A stretch of 64,000 nucleotides of DNA from Haliotis rufescens (taxonomy: Eukaryota), in contig NW_025963890.1 of NCBI RefSeq assembly GCF_023055435.1, positions 25,048,001-25,112,000 on the forward strand, in the 5' to 3' direction. A program made the translations under genes and the position numbers. Below are positions 52,270 to 64,000 of the stretch, piece by piece; position 1 is the first letter of the stretch; each line of letters starts with the position of its first letter. The notes beneath the pieces are model-generated. The model worked only from the letters and a program-made list of their open reading frames with translations. It made no database searches and was not told where the DNA came from.

Positions 52270-55200
52270 GTCAGACAATCTTTCTCTTTTCGGGGAATTG
52301 TAATTTTGTTATCAAACTGCAGGTTTCTCAACAGCCGGGTCAGTGTGACACCTAGCGCCCCGCCTTGTTATTGTCGGCAAGATAAAACCTGTGTACCAGA
52401 TATAACATAACAATGGACCCTCAATTGGTACATTAATTCCTATATTCGCAAAAAGTAAACATCACCTGAAATTAGCAGGTAAAATACATGTGTTTTTTAT
52501 TATCTAAGCTTTGCAAACAGAGAAACTTTTATGGTACTTTTTATATTTTAGACAGTCGTGTCGAATGGGATGACGTGATCACTGCCTACCTGGGCGGGGT
52601 GTCCCGGGGGCCGGGCGTGAAGGCGAGGGTGGGGGTGGCGCCACAGGAGGACAGATTCACCCTACACTACATCGAACATCAGGAGAACAACATCCTCAGA
52701 CACAAACACGTTACGTTTATAGGACATGCGGGACAACAGAAGGAATGGCTAGACTGTGTAGCTGATAAAACTGGACAGGGTGAGTACAGACGTGACAACA
52801 GACGGAATGGCTAGACTGTGTAGCTGATAAGACTGGACATGGTGAGTACAGGCGGGACAACAGAAGGAATGGCTAGACAGTGTAGGTGATAAGACTGGAC
52901 ATGGTGAATACAGGCGGGACAACAGACGGAATGGCTAGACAGTGTAGGTGATAAGACTGGACATGGTGAGCACAGGCGGGACAACAGACGGAATGGCTAG
53001 ACAGTGTAGGTGATAAAACTGGTGACATGGTGAGTACAGGCGGGACAACAGAAGGAATGGCTAGACAGTGTAGCTGATAAGACTGGTCATGGTGAGTACA
53101 GGCGGGACAATTGACGGAATGGCTAGACAGTGTAGGTGATACAACTGGTGACATGGTGAGTACAGGCGGGACAACAGAAGGAATGGCTAGACAGTGTAGT
53201 TGATAAAACTGGTGACATGGTGAGTACAGGCGGGACAACAGAAGGAATGGCTAGACAGTGTAGGTGATAAAACTGGTGAAATGGTGAGTACAGGCGGGAC
53301 AACAGACGGAATGGCTAGACAGTGTAGCTGATAAGACTGGTCATGGTGAGTACAGGCGGGACAACAGACGGAATGGTTAGACTGTGCAGCTGATAAAACT
53401 CGACATGGTAAGTACAGGCGGGACAACAGACGGAATGGTTAGACTGTGCAGCTGATAAAACTCGACATGGTGAGTACAGGCGGGACAACAGACGGAATGG
53501 CTAGACAGTGTAGTTGATAAGACTGGACATGGTGAGTACAGGCGGGACAACTGACGGAATGGCTAGACAGTGGAGCTGATAAGACTGGACATGGCGAGTA
53601 CAGGCGGGACAACAGACGGAATGGCGAGACAGTGTAGTTGATAAGACTGGACATGGTGAGTACAGGCGGGACAACAGACGGAATGGCTAGACAGTGTAGC
53701 TGATAAGACTGGACATGGCGAGTACAGGCGGGACAACAGACGGAATGGCTAGACAGTGTAGTTGATAAAACTGGTGACATGGTGAGTACAGGCGGGACAA
53801 CAGACGGAATGGCTAGACAGTGTAGCTGATAAGACTGGACATGGCGAGTACAGGCGGGACAACAGACGGAATGGCGAGACAGTGTAGCTGATAAAACTGG
53901 ACATGGTGAGTACAGGCGGGACAACAGACGGAATGGCGAGACAGTGTAGCTGATAAGACTGGACATGGTGAGTACAGGCGGGACAACTGACGGAATGGCT
54001 AGACAGTGGAGCTGATAAAACTGCTGACATGGCGAGTACAGGCGGGATAACAGAAGGAATGGCTAAACAGTGTGATTGATAAGACTGGACATGGTGAGTA
54101 CAGGTGTGACAACAGAAGGAATGGCTAGACAGTGTGGTTGATAAGACTGGACATGGTGAGTACAGGCGGGACAACAGACGGAATGGCTAGACAGTCTAGT
54201 TGATAAAACTGGTAACATGGTGAGTACAGGCTGGACAAATGACGGAATGGCTAGACAGTGTAGCTGATAAGGCTGGACATGGTGAGTGCAGGCGGGACAA
54301 CAGACGGAATGGCTAGACAGTGTAGGTGATAAGACTGGACATGGTGAGTACAGGCGGGACAACAGACGGAATGGCTAGACAGTGAAGGTGATAAAACTGG
54401 TGACATGGTGAGTAAAGGTGGGACAACAGAAGGAATGGCTAGACAGTGTGTCTGATGAAACTGGACATGGTGAGTACAGGCGGGACAACAGCCGGAATGG
54501 CTAGACAGTGTAGGTGATAAAACTGGACATGGTGAGTACAGGCGGGACAACAGACGGAATGGCTAGACAGTGTAGGTGATAAAACTGGTGACATGGTGGG
54601 TAAAGGTGGGACAACAGAAGGAATGGCTAGACAGTGTGTCTGATAAAACTGGACATGGTGAGTACGGGCGGGACAACAGCCGGAATGGCTAGACAGTGTA
54701 GGTGATAAAACTGGACATGGTGAGTACAGGCGGGACAACAGACGGAATGGCTAGACAGTGTAGGTGATAAAACTGGTGACATGGTGAGTAAAGGTGGGAC
54801 AACAGAAGGAATGGCGAGACAGTGTCTCTGATAAAACTGGACATGGTGAGTACGGGCGGGACAACAGCCGGAATGGCTAGACAGTGTAGGTGATAAAACT
54901 GGACATGGTGAGTACAGGCGGGACAACAGAAGGAATGGCTTCAATTTGTTCTGAGGAGGTTGGAAACTCTTGACATGTAGTGAAAATGTTTGGTTCCTAC
55001 TTTCAGAGAAACAAATTGTATTTCTTGAACCGCTGACTTTTTATTTTTCTAAAACATGTCAGGCTACATTTCTTATTCTCTCAGGTCGCCCTAAATGTCT
55101 GCTGACTCTGGTCAACCCAATCGGGGGACAGAAGAAAGGAGCCAAGCTGTACGAGACTATTGTAGAACCACTGTTTGCACTGGCGGGGATTGACGCGAAG

Positions 55201-58200
55201 CTTATAAGTAGGTGTTACTTTAATTATGGTATATATGTGAATCACATATATCGTATTGATATTGTTATTGATCAAATATTGATTTTTTTTTTACCACATG
55301 CATGTTGATCATATACACATGGTATATGTGTGGATTATGTCAACTCTATATGGTAACCATGTGCATCATGTCAAGTGAGTGAGTGTGTGAGTTGGGTTTT
55401 ACGCCGCCTTTAGCAATACATCATGTCATGTAGTGAGTGAGTGAGTGAGTGAGTTGGGCTTAACGCTGTTTTTAACAGTATTCCAGTTATATCGCGGCGT
55501 GTCAGCTTAATATGGGAGGAAAGCCCGAAGTGATGCAGGTCTCAGACGTTTACCACTTCGGTGAAACCCACGAGCACGGGTATGGTGCTGACAAACCTAG
55601 AAACATAATCGGGGCGAACCGGGATGCCCAAGGGACGCAACTCTGCACAGCGAATCGCGGCGCCTTAGACGACTGGGCCACCCGTGCCACCTCATATCAA
55701 GTACGAGGGCTGGCTGAAAAGTTCTAAGCCTAACTGTGAAAGACCCGTATCAAGTCGATGGTTTTTATTTATTTATCCACATAGTCCCCTTCCAGGTTTA
55801 CACACTTTTGCCTGCGATGCTGCAAGGCCTGGATGCCGGTCAAGAAGAAATTTTCTTCAACCGTCCTTAGAAAAGTCATTCACAGCGGAAATGACGTCAT
55901 CATTACTAGGAAAATGGCGACCGGCTAGTTCCTTTTTCATTTTGGGAAACAGGTGGAAGTCTGACGGGGCCAAATCGGGTGAATAAGGGGGATGGTCAAT
56001 GAGTTCGAAGCCACAATCATGGATCGCTGACATGGCAACCACCGATTTGTGAACAGGAGCATTGTCTTGGTGGAACAGGACTCCTTTAGTGAGCATTCCG
56101 GATGCTTCCATTGTTAAGACTGAATTTTGGTTTCTGGTTGAAAGTGATGAATCCAGGTCTCATCCATGGTTACAAATCGGGCCAAAAAATCATCGGGATC
56201 TGCTTCAAAACGATATATATTGTCACGGGACGTCAGGAATCTGACACGTTTCTGATCCGCTGTCAAGAGCTTTGGCACCCATCTTGCAGAAACTTTTGTC
56301 ATTCCCAACTCGTTGGTGATAATGTGCTCAACCCTCTCACGAGAGATGCCCACACCACTGGCAATATGTCGAGTGGTCAATCGTTGATCAGCCATCACCA
56401 TGTCATGCACCCGGGTAATGTTTTCCAGAATGGTTGCTGTTGAAGGCCTTCCTGGACGCGGGTCATCGTCAAGGCTCTCTCTGTCACGCTTGAATTCCGC
56501 AGCCCACTTCTTTACAGTGGAAAAGGAAGGGGCATCATCCCCTAAAGTGGAGACCATGTCAGCATGTATCTGTGTTGGAGTTAGCCCTTTCAGTTGCATG
56601 TTCTTGATGACTGCCCTATAGCCAGTTTCGTCCATTTCTGGTGATTTCAATGGGTAGGTTCACAAGATGGTCTGGTACAAAGACAATAATAACACTACAG
56701 TTTCAGTTCTTATGTCTATGATTCATTAAATGGTTGTACTTGTTGGTGGTAAAAGTTTGTTTCAATCCGATTGATATATCCCACTTAGGCTTAGAACTTT
56801 TCAGCCAGCCCTCGTACATATACAATGTAGTATATGTGTGGATCATGTCAACTCTCTCATTGAATTTATTCATTACATTTATATATTCGTTCAGTGTATG
56901 CTACACATAGTATATATTTCTATCATTGTATATTACACGGTATATATATTTTTTGAATTACCTACACATGGTGTATATGTCAATCATCTGTTCATACTGA
57001 TACATATCAGTACACACATTCAGGGTAGTCTGTAATTTCAAATGTCCCCTTTCTTCTCTTCAAGTACAAAGTATGAGTAGTGAACAGGTATCGAAAGTTG
57101 CAACTTGGAACCCGAAATGACCAACTGATTTTGTTAATAAAATGTTTGTCGATATACAGCTTATCAAAAACATGTTATATTAAATGCAGTCACAGAAAGA
57201 TTCCGTCATGCAGAAGAAATAGCCAAAACGTATGACTTCTCCACTGTGGACGGGTAAGTTTGACATGGGTTTGGATTTAAACTGGTGGGAAGAATCCAAG
57301 TAAACTATGTTTGTTCTCTGCTTTTCTTTGGACGAGTTGATATGTGACTTACTTATTGCAAAATAATGCAAAATAGGCGTGATAATGTCGATAACCAAAT
57401 AAGGAACGTCATGTTACATGCATACTGCTTCTGTGCCTATCACTGTTCCATCTCTCCACACTGTTACTGCTTCAGTGCCTACGACTGTTCCATCTCTCCA
57501 CACTGTTACTGCTTCAGTGCCTACGACTGTTCCATCTCTCCACACTGTTACTGCCTCTGTGCCTACGACTGTTCCATCTCTCCACACTGTTACTGCCTCT
57601 GTGCCTACGACTGTTCCATCTCTCCACACAGTTACTGCTTCTGTGCCTACGACTGGTCCATCTCTCCACACTGTTACTGCTTCTGTGCCTACGACTGTTC
57701 CAGCTCTCCACACAGTTACTGCTTCTGTGCCTCCGACTGGTCCATCTCTCCACACTGTAACTGCTTCTGTGCCTACGACTGTTCTATCTCTCCACACTGT
57801 TACTGCCACTGTGCCTACGACTGTTCCATCTCTCCACACTGTAACTGCTTCAGTGCCTACGACTGTTCCATCTCTCCACACAGTTACTGCTTCTATGTCT
57901 GCGACTGTTCCATCTCTCCACACTGTTACTGCTTCTTTGTCTGTGATTGTTCCATCTCTCCACACTGTTACTGCTTCTATGTCTGTGATTGTTCCATCTC
58001 TTCACACTGTTACTGCTTCTATGTCTGTGATTGTTCCATCTCTTCACACTGTTACTGCTTCTATGTCTGTGACTGTTCCTTCTCTTCACACTGTTACTGC
58101 TTCTATGTCTGTGATTGTTCCATCTCTCCACACTGTTACTGCTTCTATGTCTGTGATTGTTCCATCTCTCCACACTGTTGCTGTTTCTATGTCTGTGATT

Positions 58201-61200
58201 GTTCCATCTCTTCACACTGTTACTGCTTCTATGTCTGTGATTGTTCCATCTCTCCACACTGTTACTGCTTCTATGTTTGTGATTGTTCCATCTCTTCACA
58301 CTGTTACTGCTTCTATGTCTGTGATTGTTCCATCTCTTCACACTGTTACTGCTTCTATGTCTGTGATTGTTCCATCTATCCACACTGTTACTGCTTCTAT
58401 GTCTGTAATTGTTCCATCTCTCCACACTGTTACTACATCTGCCTTCGACTGTTCCATCTCTCCACACTGTTACTGCTTCTATGTCTGTGACTGTTCCTTC
58501 TCTTCACACTGTTACTGCTTCTATGTCTGTGATTGTTCCATCTCTCCACACTGTTACTGCTTCTATGTCTGTGATTGTTCCATCTCTTCACACTGTTACT
58601 GCTTCTATGCGTACGACTGTTCCATCTCTCCACACTGTTACTGCTTCTATGTCTGCGATTGTTCCATCTCTCCACACTGTTACTGCTTCTATGCGTACGA
58701 CTGTTCCATCTCTCCACACTGTTGCTGCTTCTATGCGTACGACTGTTCCATCTCTCCACACTGTCACACAGGTTGATTGTGTCCGGGGGAGATGGGTTGT
58801 TCCAGGAGGTGCTGCATACGTTAATACCCCGCTATAACGAGGGGGTAGACCTTGATGACCCAGATGCAGAACTCAAGCTATTGCCAATAGCACTTGGCAC
58901 TCTACCTACAGGTCAGTATGCATGTTAATGCAACATCTCGAAGATAATAGGACAACAGTACACATACTGATAATATAAGTTCAGAGTTGAACTACAAATG
59001 CAAGAAATACGCGTGTGTTTCTTCTTCTCCTGCAGATGTGTTAACAAGACTTTACCTTCCTAACGATGCTAATCACATGATATTCTATCCATTTCAGGCA
59101 CGGGTAACGGAATCTCTATGTCGTGTCATGGATGCACGGACCTGGAGACAGGGGCACTCGTGGCTGTCCGAGGTAAGATTGACTGAGGTCCTTCCTCACA
59201 GCTGTATCCACCTGTATACAAACGGTTACCATATACTGCTGAGAAGAATGGTTCCTTGTGTCAAGAGTGACCAAACCCGTAAGTAAAACAGATCTTTTGA
59301 CATGCATGTGCAGGTCACTGACATTTCATTTGTCTTTGCATTTGTAGGGAAGAAACACTATATGAATATTATTAGTGTGCATGAATACCCTGGTCCCCTA
59401 ATAGGATATGCCGGTTGTGCCCTTGGCTATGGATTCTGGTCGGACTTGCTGATGAAGACGGATGACAATCGCTGGCTGAAGACATTTCGTTACCATGGTG
59501 AGTACATGCCATACAGACTGAAACTGATATATACCGTATTTACAGAAAATAATATTAGAATGTGTATGCATTCTTTGTATTAAATATCCGTCAAATTCAA
59601 AAAGTCACCTTCAGTTTAAGTAATGCACTAACGTACTTGTGTTTGGAGGCAGATGATGTATTCAATAGGTAGTCCATAGTACCTTTCCGTAGATTGTTAA
59701 AGATGTATTTAAGTGTAAAGTTCCATGATCTGTCAGCTGAATCAACATGCTGTCCGTACCATTTTGGAAAAGAGAATCAGAGTACTCATCAAAGACGTTC
59801 AGATAAACTGAAACGACCCTAATACATTCGAGTCCCATATCGTGTCAGTGACAGCTTCAAACGAAGGAAAAGGTCACCAACAGAATAAGAAAAGACCACT
59901 GTGATCTACACACAACGGTTACAGCTAGAGATCAACACAGAATGTTATTGGTCATGTTTTAGAACACCAAATCAGAAGTCAGGACACTTCCGTGGAGTTC
60001 CTGTATGATCTGGTTTGGGACTGTTCACTTTGAGTGATCTGATCTGATGGCTATGTACGTTGTTTCCAAAACAAACACTTTCGGAAACAATGCCACAAAA
60101 TAACGTCAAAGGGGGCACTGATGACACAGACGGAACATCCAACGATCTTGTTAGGTTTAATAAAGTGTCAATTTAAAACGTCTCGTTATTAGTAATGAAT
60201 GAAAACAACACCTTCTTATCAAATCAAATAAAACGAAGTGAGCCGTGTGCGCCACGTGTGACGTTGGTAATTAAGTCCACACCTGTCGCTCCATCGCTTG
60301 TAATGCAGCTTCTTATCATACGCTGTTGCTGTTTGTTTCCTTTGACTCACTTTAGGGATATTTATCATGATAATGACCAATGCTATCTATTACTGTAAAA
60401 TTACGGTAACAATATTTTCAGGGCATTGTCATTTGCAGAATCTCGAGGTCTGCCATTAAGACGTAGGGGGCAAGCGATACCCTGACAAATAGCGTTACCC
60501 TTATATAAATGATGAAGTATATAACCATCCTGCATAGACCAGATGTTCTGTTGTAGTGGGTATGGCGAAGAGTCTAGCCTCCAAGAAACGTGAGTTCCAC
60601 GCAGAGGGGGAGTATCTGCCTGCTCAAAGACCACACAGGGATGTCCGGTAAGGACAAACTGGAGCCCCCAAATTGTACTTTCCTCAAATTCAAAAGATAA
60701 AAGTATGTTATGTTCTCGTTTGTTTTTGTTAAGATCATCAAAACTGTTATTATGCCCAACGGGGAAGCTGCGTCTAAATGTTAGTATCTTATTTTTCATT
60801 TCGCGCTATATGCTCTTCATTTTTAGGTTGGGCGAGTTTACGAGTTTGTAATCAGTCGATATCAGTTGAAGGCAGCATCTTATATCACTTTATACATTTA
60901 TTTTATATTATTGTTACGGTAATAAACGGTTTTCAGAATGTGTTTCCTCTGTTCTATGGCAGCGCTGGTGAAGATGTAGACAAAAACGCCCACTCGGAAG
61001 GTAACTTTAAATTAGTGGGAATCATTTGGGAAGACTAATCCAGACTATTTCTTACGTACTGCAGCAATGGCTCCGTTTGTTAATGTGTTAAGAAAATCTA
61101 AAGTTAAGAGCATATTGTTTTATGATGTTTGTGAAACCTTCATGCACGGCTATGTTGCTGACACACCAAGACACATATGTGAAGGATGCAATTTGAACCC

Positions 61201-61589
61201 ATTCAAAACATTCTTGATTCCATTCACTCAATGATGTCACCAATTCATACCAAGATCACTTGGAGAAAAGCTATTATCATGACGTATCAGTTAAGCGGGT
61301 CCATTGTTGAAGCAGGAATATTGAGACAGGTTTAGCTGAGATGTGTTCTACACTCGAGAGTGTCTTCCACAAGTGTGACATACGAACTGTTGCTCCAGGT
61401 TGGGTGAAGTTTTCCGGCACGTATACCGGCATCAATGGAATGTTAGCTGGCTTCCACCAGGTGGCCGGCCAGGACAAGCTACAGATTGGTCAGCAGGGCG
61501 CCGGGATTAACGTGCTGCTGGAGACACAGACGGGGTCAATAGCCTACTTAAAGTGGCTGTATCATTTCCAGAACATGAACAGTAAAGTG
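52104..61589 (+). CDS. CERK: Ceramide kinase-like paralog B (exons 1-10; 3' exons lie beyond the window)
   Basis: Exons 52104-52269, 52552-52779, 55085-55207, 57190-57253, 58772-58911, 59098-59172, 59348-59497, 60557-60647, 60963-61000, 61399-61589. All are GT-AG, phase-consistent and stop-free. N-terminal PH-like region plus DAGK/SPHK/CERK catalytic motifs (RPKxLLxxxNPxGG, GGDG, GYGF, RWL). Confidence 0.88.
52552..52779 (+). CDS. CERK-like B exon 2 (PH-like)
   Basis: DSRVEWDDVITAY...FTLHYIEHQENNILRHKHVTF...EWLDCVADKTGQ followed by GTGAGT. Confidence 0.85.
52724..54940 (+). repeat. 62/64-bp satellite starting inside CERK-B exon 2, about 35 copies
   Basis: The first unit overlaps the coding AGQQKEWLDCVADKTGQ and the GTGAGT donor. 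Confidence 0.97.
55085..55207 (+). CDS. CERK-like B exon 3
   Basis: GRPKCLLTLVNPIGGQKKGAKLYETIVEPLFALAGIDAKLI. Confidence 0.88.
55433..55690 (-). mobile_element. tRNA-derived SINE (same family as 8768-9047), B-box segment deleted
   Basis: Reverse-complement match lacking about 30 bp including GGTTCGAA. Confidence 0.8.
55704..56814 (-). mobile_element. Mariner copy with a 184-bp internal deletion
   Basis: Same TIRs and same TAA stop as 49080-50374; 1111 bp = 1295 - 184. Confidence 0.95.
57190..57253 (+). CDS. CERK-like B exon 4
   Basis: ITERFRHAEEIAKTYDFSTVDG. Confidence 0.85.
57420..58763 (+). repeat. 42-bp pyrimidine-rich satellite abutting the exon 5 acceptor
   Basis: CTGTTCCATCTCTCCACACTGTTACTGCTTCTGTGCCTACGA, about 32 copies, two subtypes. 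Confidence 0.97.
58772..58911 (+). CDS. CERK-like B exon 5 (GGDG)
   Basis: LIVSGGDGLFQEVLHTLIPRY...LGTLPTG. Confidence 0.88.
59098..59172 (+). CDS. CERK-like B exon 6
   Basis: GTGNGISMSCHGCTDLETGALVAVRG. Confidence 0.88.
59348..59497 (+). CDS. CERK-like B exon 7
   Basis: KKHYMNIISVHEYPGPLIGYAGCALGYGFWSDLLMKTDDNRWLKTFRYH. Confidence 0.88.
60557..60647 (+). CDS. CERK-like B exon 8
   Basis: VGMAKSLASKKREFHAEGEYLPAQRPHRDV. Confidence 0.8.
60963..61000 (+). CDS. CERK-like B exon 9
   Basis: 38 nt, AGEDVDKNAHSE. Confidence 0.75.
61399..61589 (+). CDS. CERK-like B exon 10
   Basis: GWVKFSGTYTGINGML...YLKWLYHFQNMNSKV followed by GTGAGT. Confidence 0.85.
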
Positions 61590-64000
61590 GTGAGTTGACC
61601 GACACAGACAGGGTCAAAAGCCTACTTAAAGTGTGGCTGTATCAGTTCCAGAACATGAACAGCGACGTGCTGAGTTAACCGACACAGACAGGGTCCAAAG
61701 CCGACATAGAGTGGCTGTATCAGTTCCAGGACATACACAGTAACGTGCTGAGCTGACCGACACAGACAGGGTCCAAAGCCGACATAGAGAGGCTGTATCA
61801 GTTCTGGAACATACACAGTAACGTGCTGAGTTGACCGACGCAGACAGGGTCAAAAGCCTACTTAAAGTGTGGTTGTATCAGTTCTAGAACATACACAGTG
61901 ACGTGGTGAGTTGACCGACACAGACAGGGTCCAAAGCCGACATAGAGAGGCTGTATCAGTTCTAGAACATACACAGTAACGTGCTGAGTTGACCGACACA
62001 GACAGGGTCCAAAGCCGACATAGAGTGGCTGTATCAGTTCTGGAACATACACAGTAACGTGCTGAGTTGACCGACACAGACAGGGTCAAAAGCCGACATA
62101 GAGTGGCTATATCATTCCCAGATCATACACAGTAACGTGCTGAGTTGACCGACGCAGACAGGGTCAAAAGCCTACTTAAAGTGTGGTTGTATCAGTTCTA
62201 GAACATACACAGTGACGTGGTGAGTTGACCGACACAGACAGGGTCCAAAGCCGATATAGAGAGGCTGTATCAGTTCTAGAACATACACAGTAACGTGCTG
62301 AGTTGACCGACACAGACAGGGTCCAAAGCCGACATAGAGTGGCTGTATCAGTTCTGGAACATACACAGTAACGTGCTGAGTTGACCGACACAGACAGGGT
62401 CCAAAGCCGACATAGAGTGGCTGTATCAGTTCTAGAACATACACAGTAACGTGCTGAGTTGACCGACACAGACAGGGTCCAAAGCCGACATAGAGAGGCT
62501 GTATCAGTTCTAGAACATACACAGTAACGTGCTGAGTTGACCGACACAGACAGGGTCCAAAGCCGACATAGAGAGGCTGTATCAGTTCTAGAACATACAC
62601 AGTAACGTGCTGAGTTGACCGACACAGACAGGGTCAAAAGCCGACATAGAGTGGCTGTATCATTCCCAGATCATACACAGTAACGTGCTGAGTTGACCGA
62701 TGCAGACAGGGTCAAAAGCCTACTTAAAGTGTGGTTGTATCAGTTCTAGAACATACACAGTGACGTGGTGAGTTGACCGACACAGACAGGGTCCAAAGCC
62801 GACATAGAGAGGCTGTATCAGTTCTAGAACATACACAGTAACGTGCTGAGTTGACCGACACAGACAGGGTCCAAAGCCGACATAGAGTGGCTGTATCAGT
62901 TCTGGAACATACACAGTAACGTGGTGAGTTGACCGACACAGACAGGGTCCAAAGCCGACATAGAGTGGCTGTATCAGTTCTAGAACATACACAGTAACGT
63001 GCTGAGTTGACCGACACAGACAGGGTCCAAAGCCGACATAGAGTGGCTGTATCAGTTCTAGAACATACACAGTAACGTGCTGAGTTGACCGACGCAGACA
63101 GGGTCAAAAGCCTACTTAAAGTGTGGTTGTATCAGTTCTAGAACATACACAGTGACGTGCTGAGTTGACCGACACAGACAGGGTCAAAAGCCGACATAGA
63201 TTGGTTGTATCAGTTCAAGAACATACACAGTAACGTGCTGAGTTGACCGACACAGACAGGGTCCAAAGCCGACATAGAGAGGCTGTATCAGTTCCAGAAC
63301 ATACACAGTAACGTGCTGAGTTGACCGACGCAGACAGGGTCCAAAGCCGACATAGAGTGGCTGTATCAGTTCCAGGACATACACAGTAACGTGCTGAGTT
63401 GACCGACACAGACAGGGTCCAAAGCCGACATAGAGTGGCTGTATCAGTTCTAGAACATACACAGTAACGTGGTGAGTTGACCGACATAGACAGGGTCAAA
63501 AGCCTACTTAAAGTGTGGTTGTATCAATTCCAGGACATACACAGTAACGTGCTGAGTTGACCGACACAGACGGGGTCCAAAGCCGACATAGAGTGGTTGT
63601 ATCAGTTCTAGAACATACACAGTAACGTGCTGAGTTGACCGACACAGACAGGGTCCAAAGCCGACATAGAGTGGCTGTATCAGTTCTAGAACATACACAG
63701 TAACGTGCTGAGTTGACCGACACAGACAGGGTCCAAAGCCGACATAGAGAGGCTGTATCAGTTCTAGAACATACACAGTAACGTGCTGAGTTGACCGACA
63801 CAGACAGGGTCAAAAGCCGACATAGAGTGGCTGTATCAGTTCTAGAACATACACAGTAACGTGCTGAGTTGACCGACACAGACAGGGTCAAAAGCCTACT
63901 TAAAGTGTGGTTGTATCAGTTCTAGAACATACACAGTGACCTGGTGAGTTGACCGACACAGACAGGGTCAAAAGCCTACTTAAAGTGTGGCTGTATCAGT
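61523..64000 (+). repeat. 78/80-bp satellite starting inside CERK-B exon 10
   Basis: The unit is the exon end (ETQTGSIAYLKWLYHFQNMNSKV-derived) plus GTGAGTTGACC; about 31 copies to the window end. Confidence 0.97.

Noticed and set aside
57366-58837. Cys-rich (metallothionein-like) and Thr/Ser-rich (mucin-like) ORFs
   Set aside because: Translations of a 42-bp intronic repeat; CERK exons 4 and 5 splice in phase across it.

Overview
Eukaryotic, AT-rich, intron- and repeat-rich animal DNA. The SINE and Helentron-like repeat types suggest a mollusc, possibly a gastropod such as abalone (inference). I reconstructed three spliced genes by hand. (1) A complete 6-exon TMEM59-like gene (minus strand, 4587-19375, 333 aa), with a perfect CLEAR/E-box palindrome just upstream of the ATG. 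(2) A ceramide-kinase-like paralog A (plus strand, 35141-42636) with no recognisable exons 1-2 and a 1-nt frameshift, probably a pseudogene or a mosaic. (3) An intact-looking ceramide-kinase-like paralog B (plus strand, from 52104, running off the window end). The rest is transposon debris (mariner x2 plus remnants, Tc1 x2, a hAT with a 5-bp TSD, a Penelope element with a hammerhead-like motif, LINE fragments, tRNA-, Meta- and 5S-derived SINEs, a Helentron-like element and an unclassified HEEAD/CXC element) and about 12 tandem-repeat arrays. The most unusual signals are: satellites whose unit is an exon end plus its splice donor; a recent satellite-plus-exon-3 conversion tract between otherwise old paralogs; and a mariner copy that carried about 140 bp of flanking DNA into a Penelope element. 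No CRISPR array or prokaryotic system is present.
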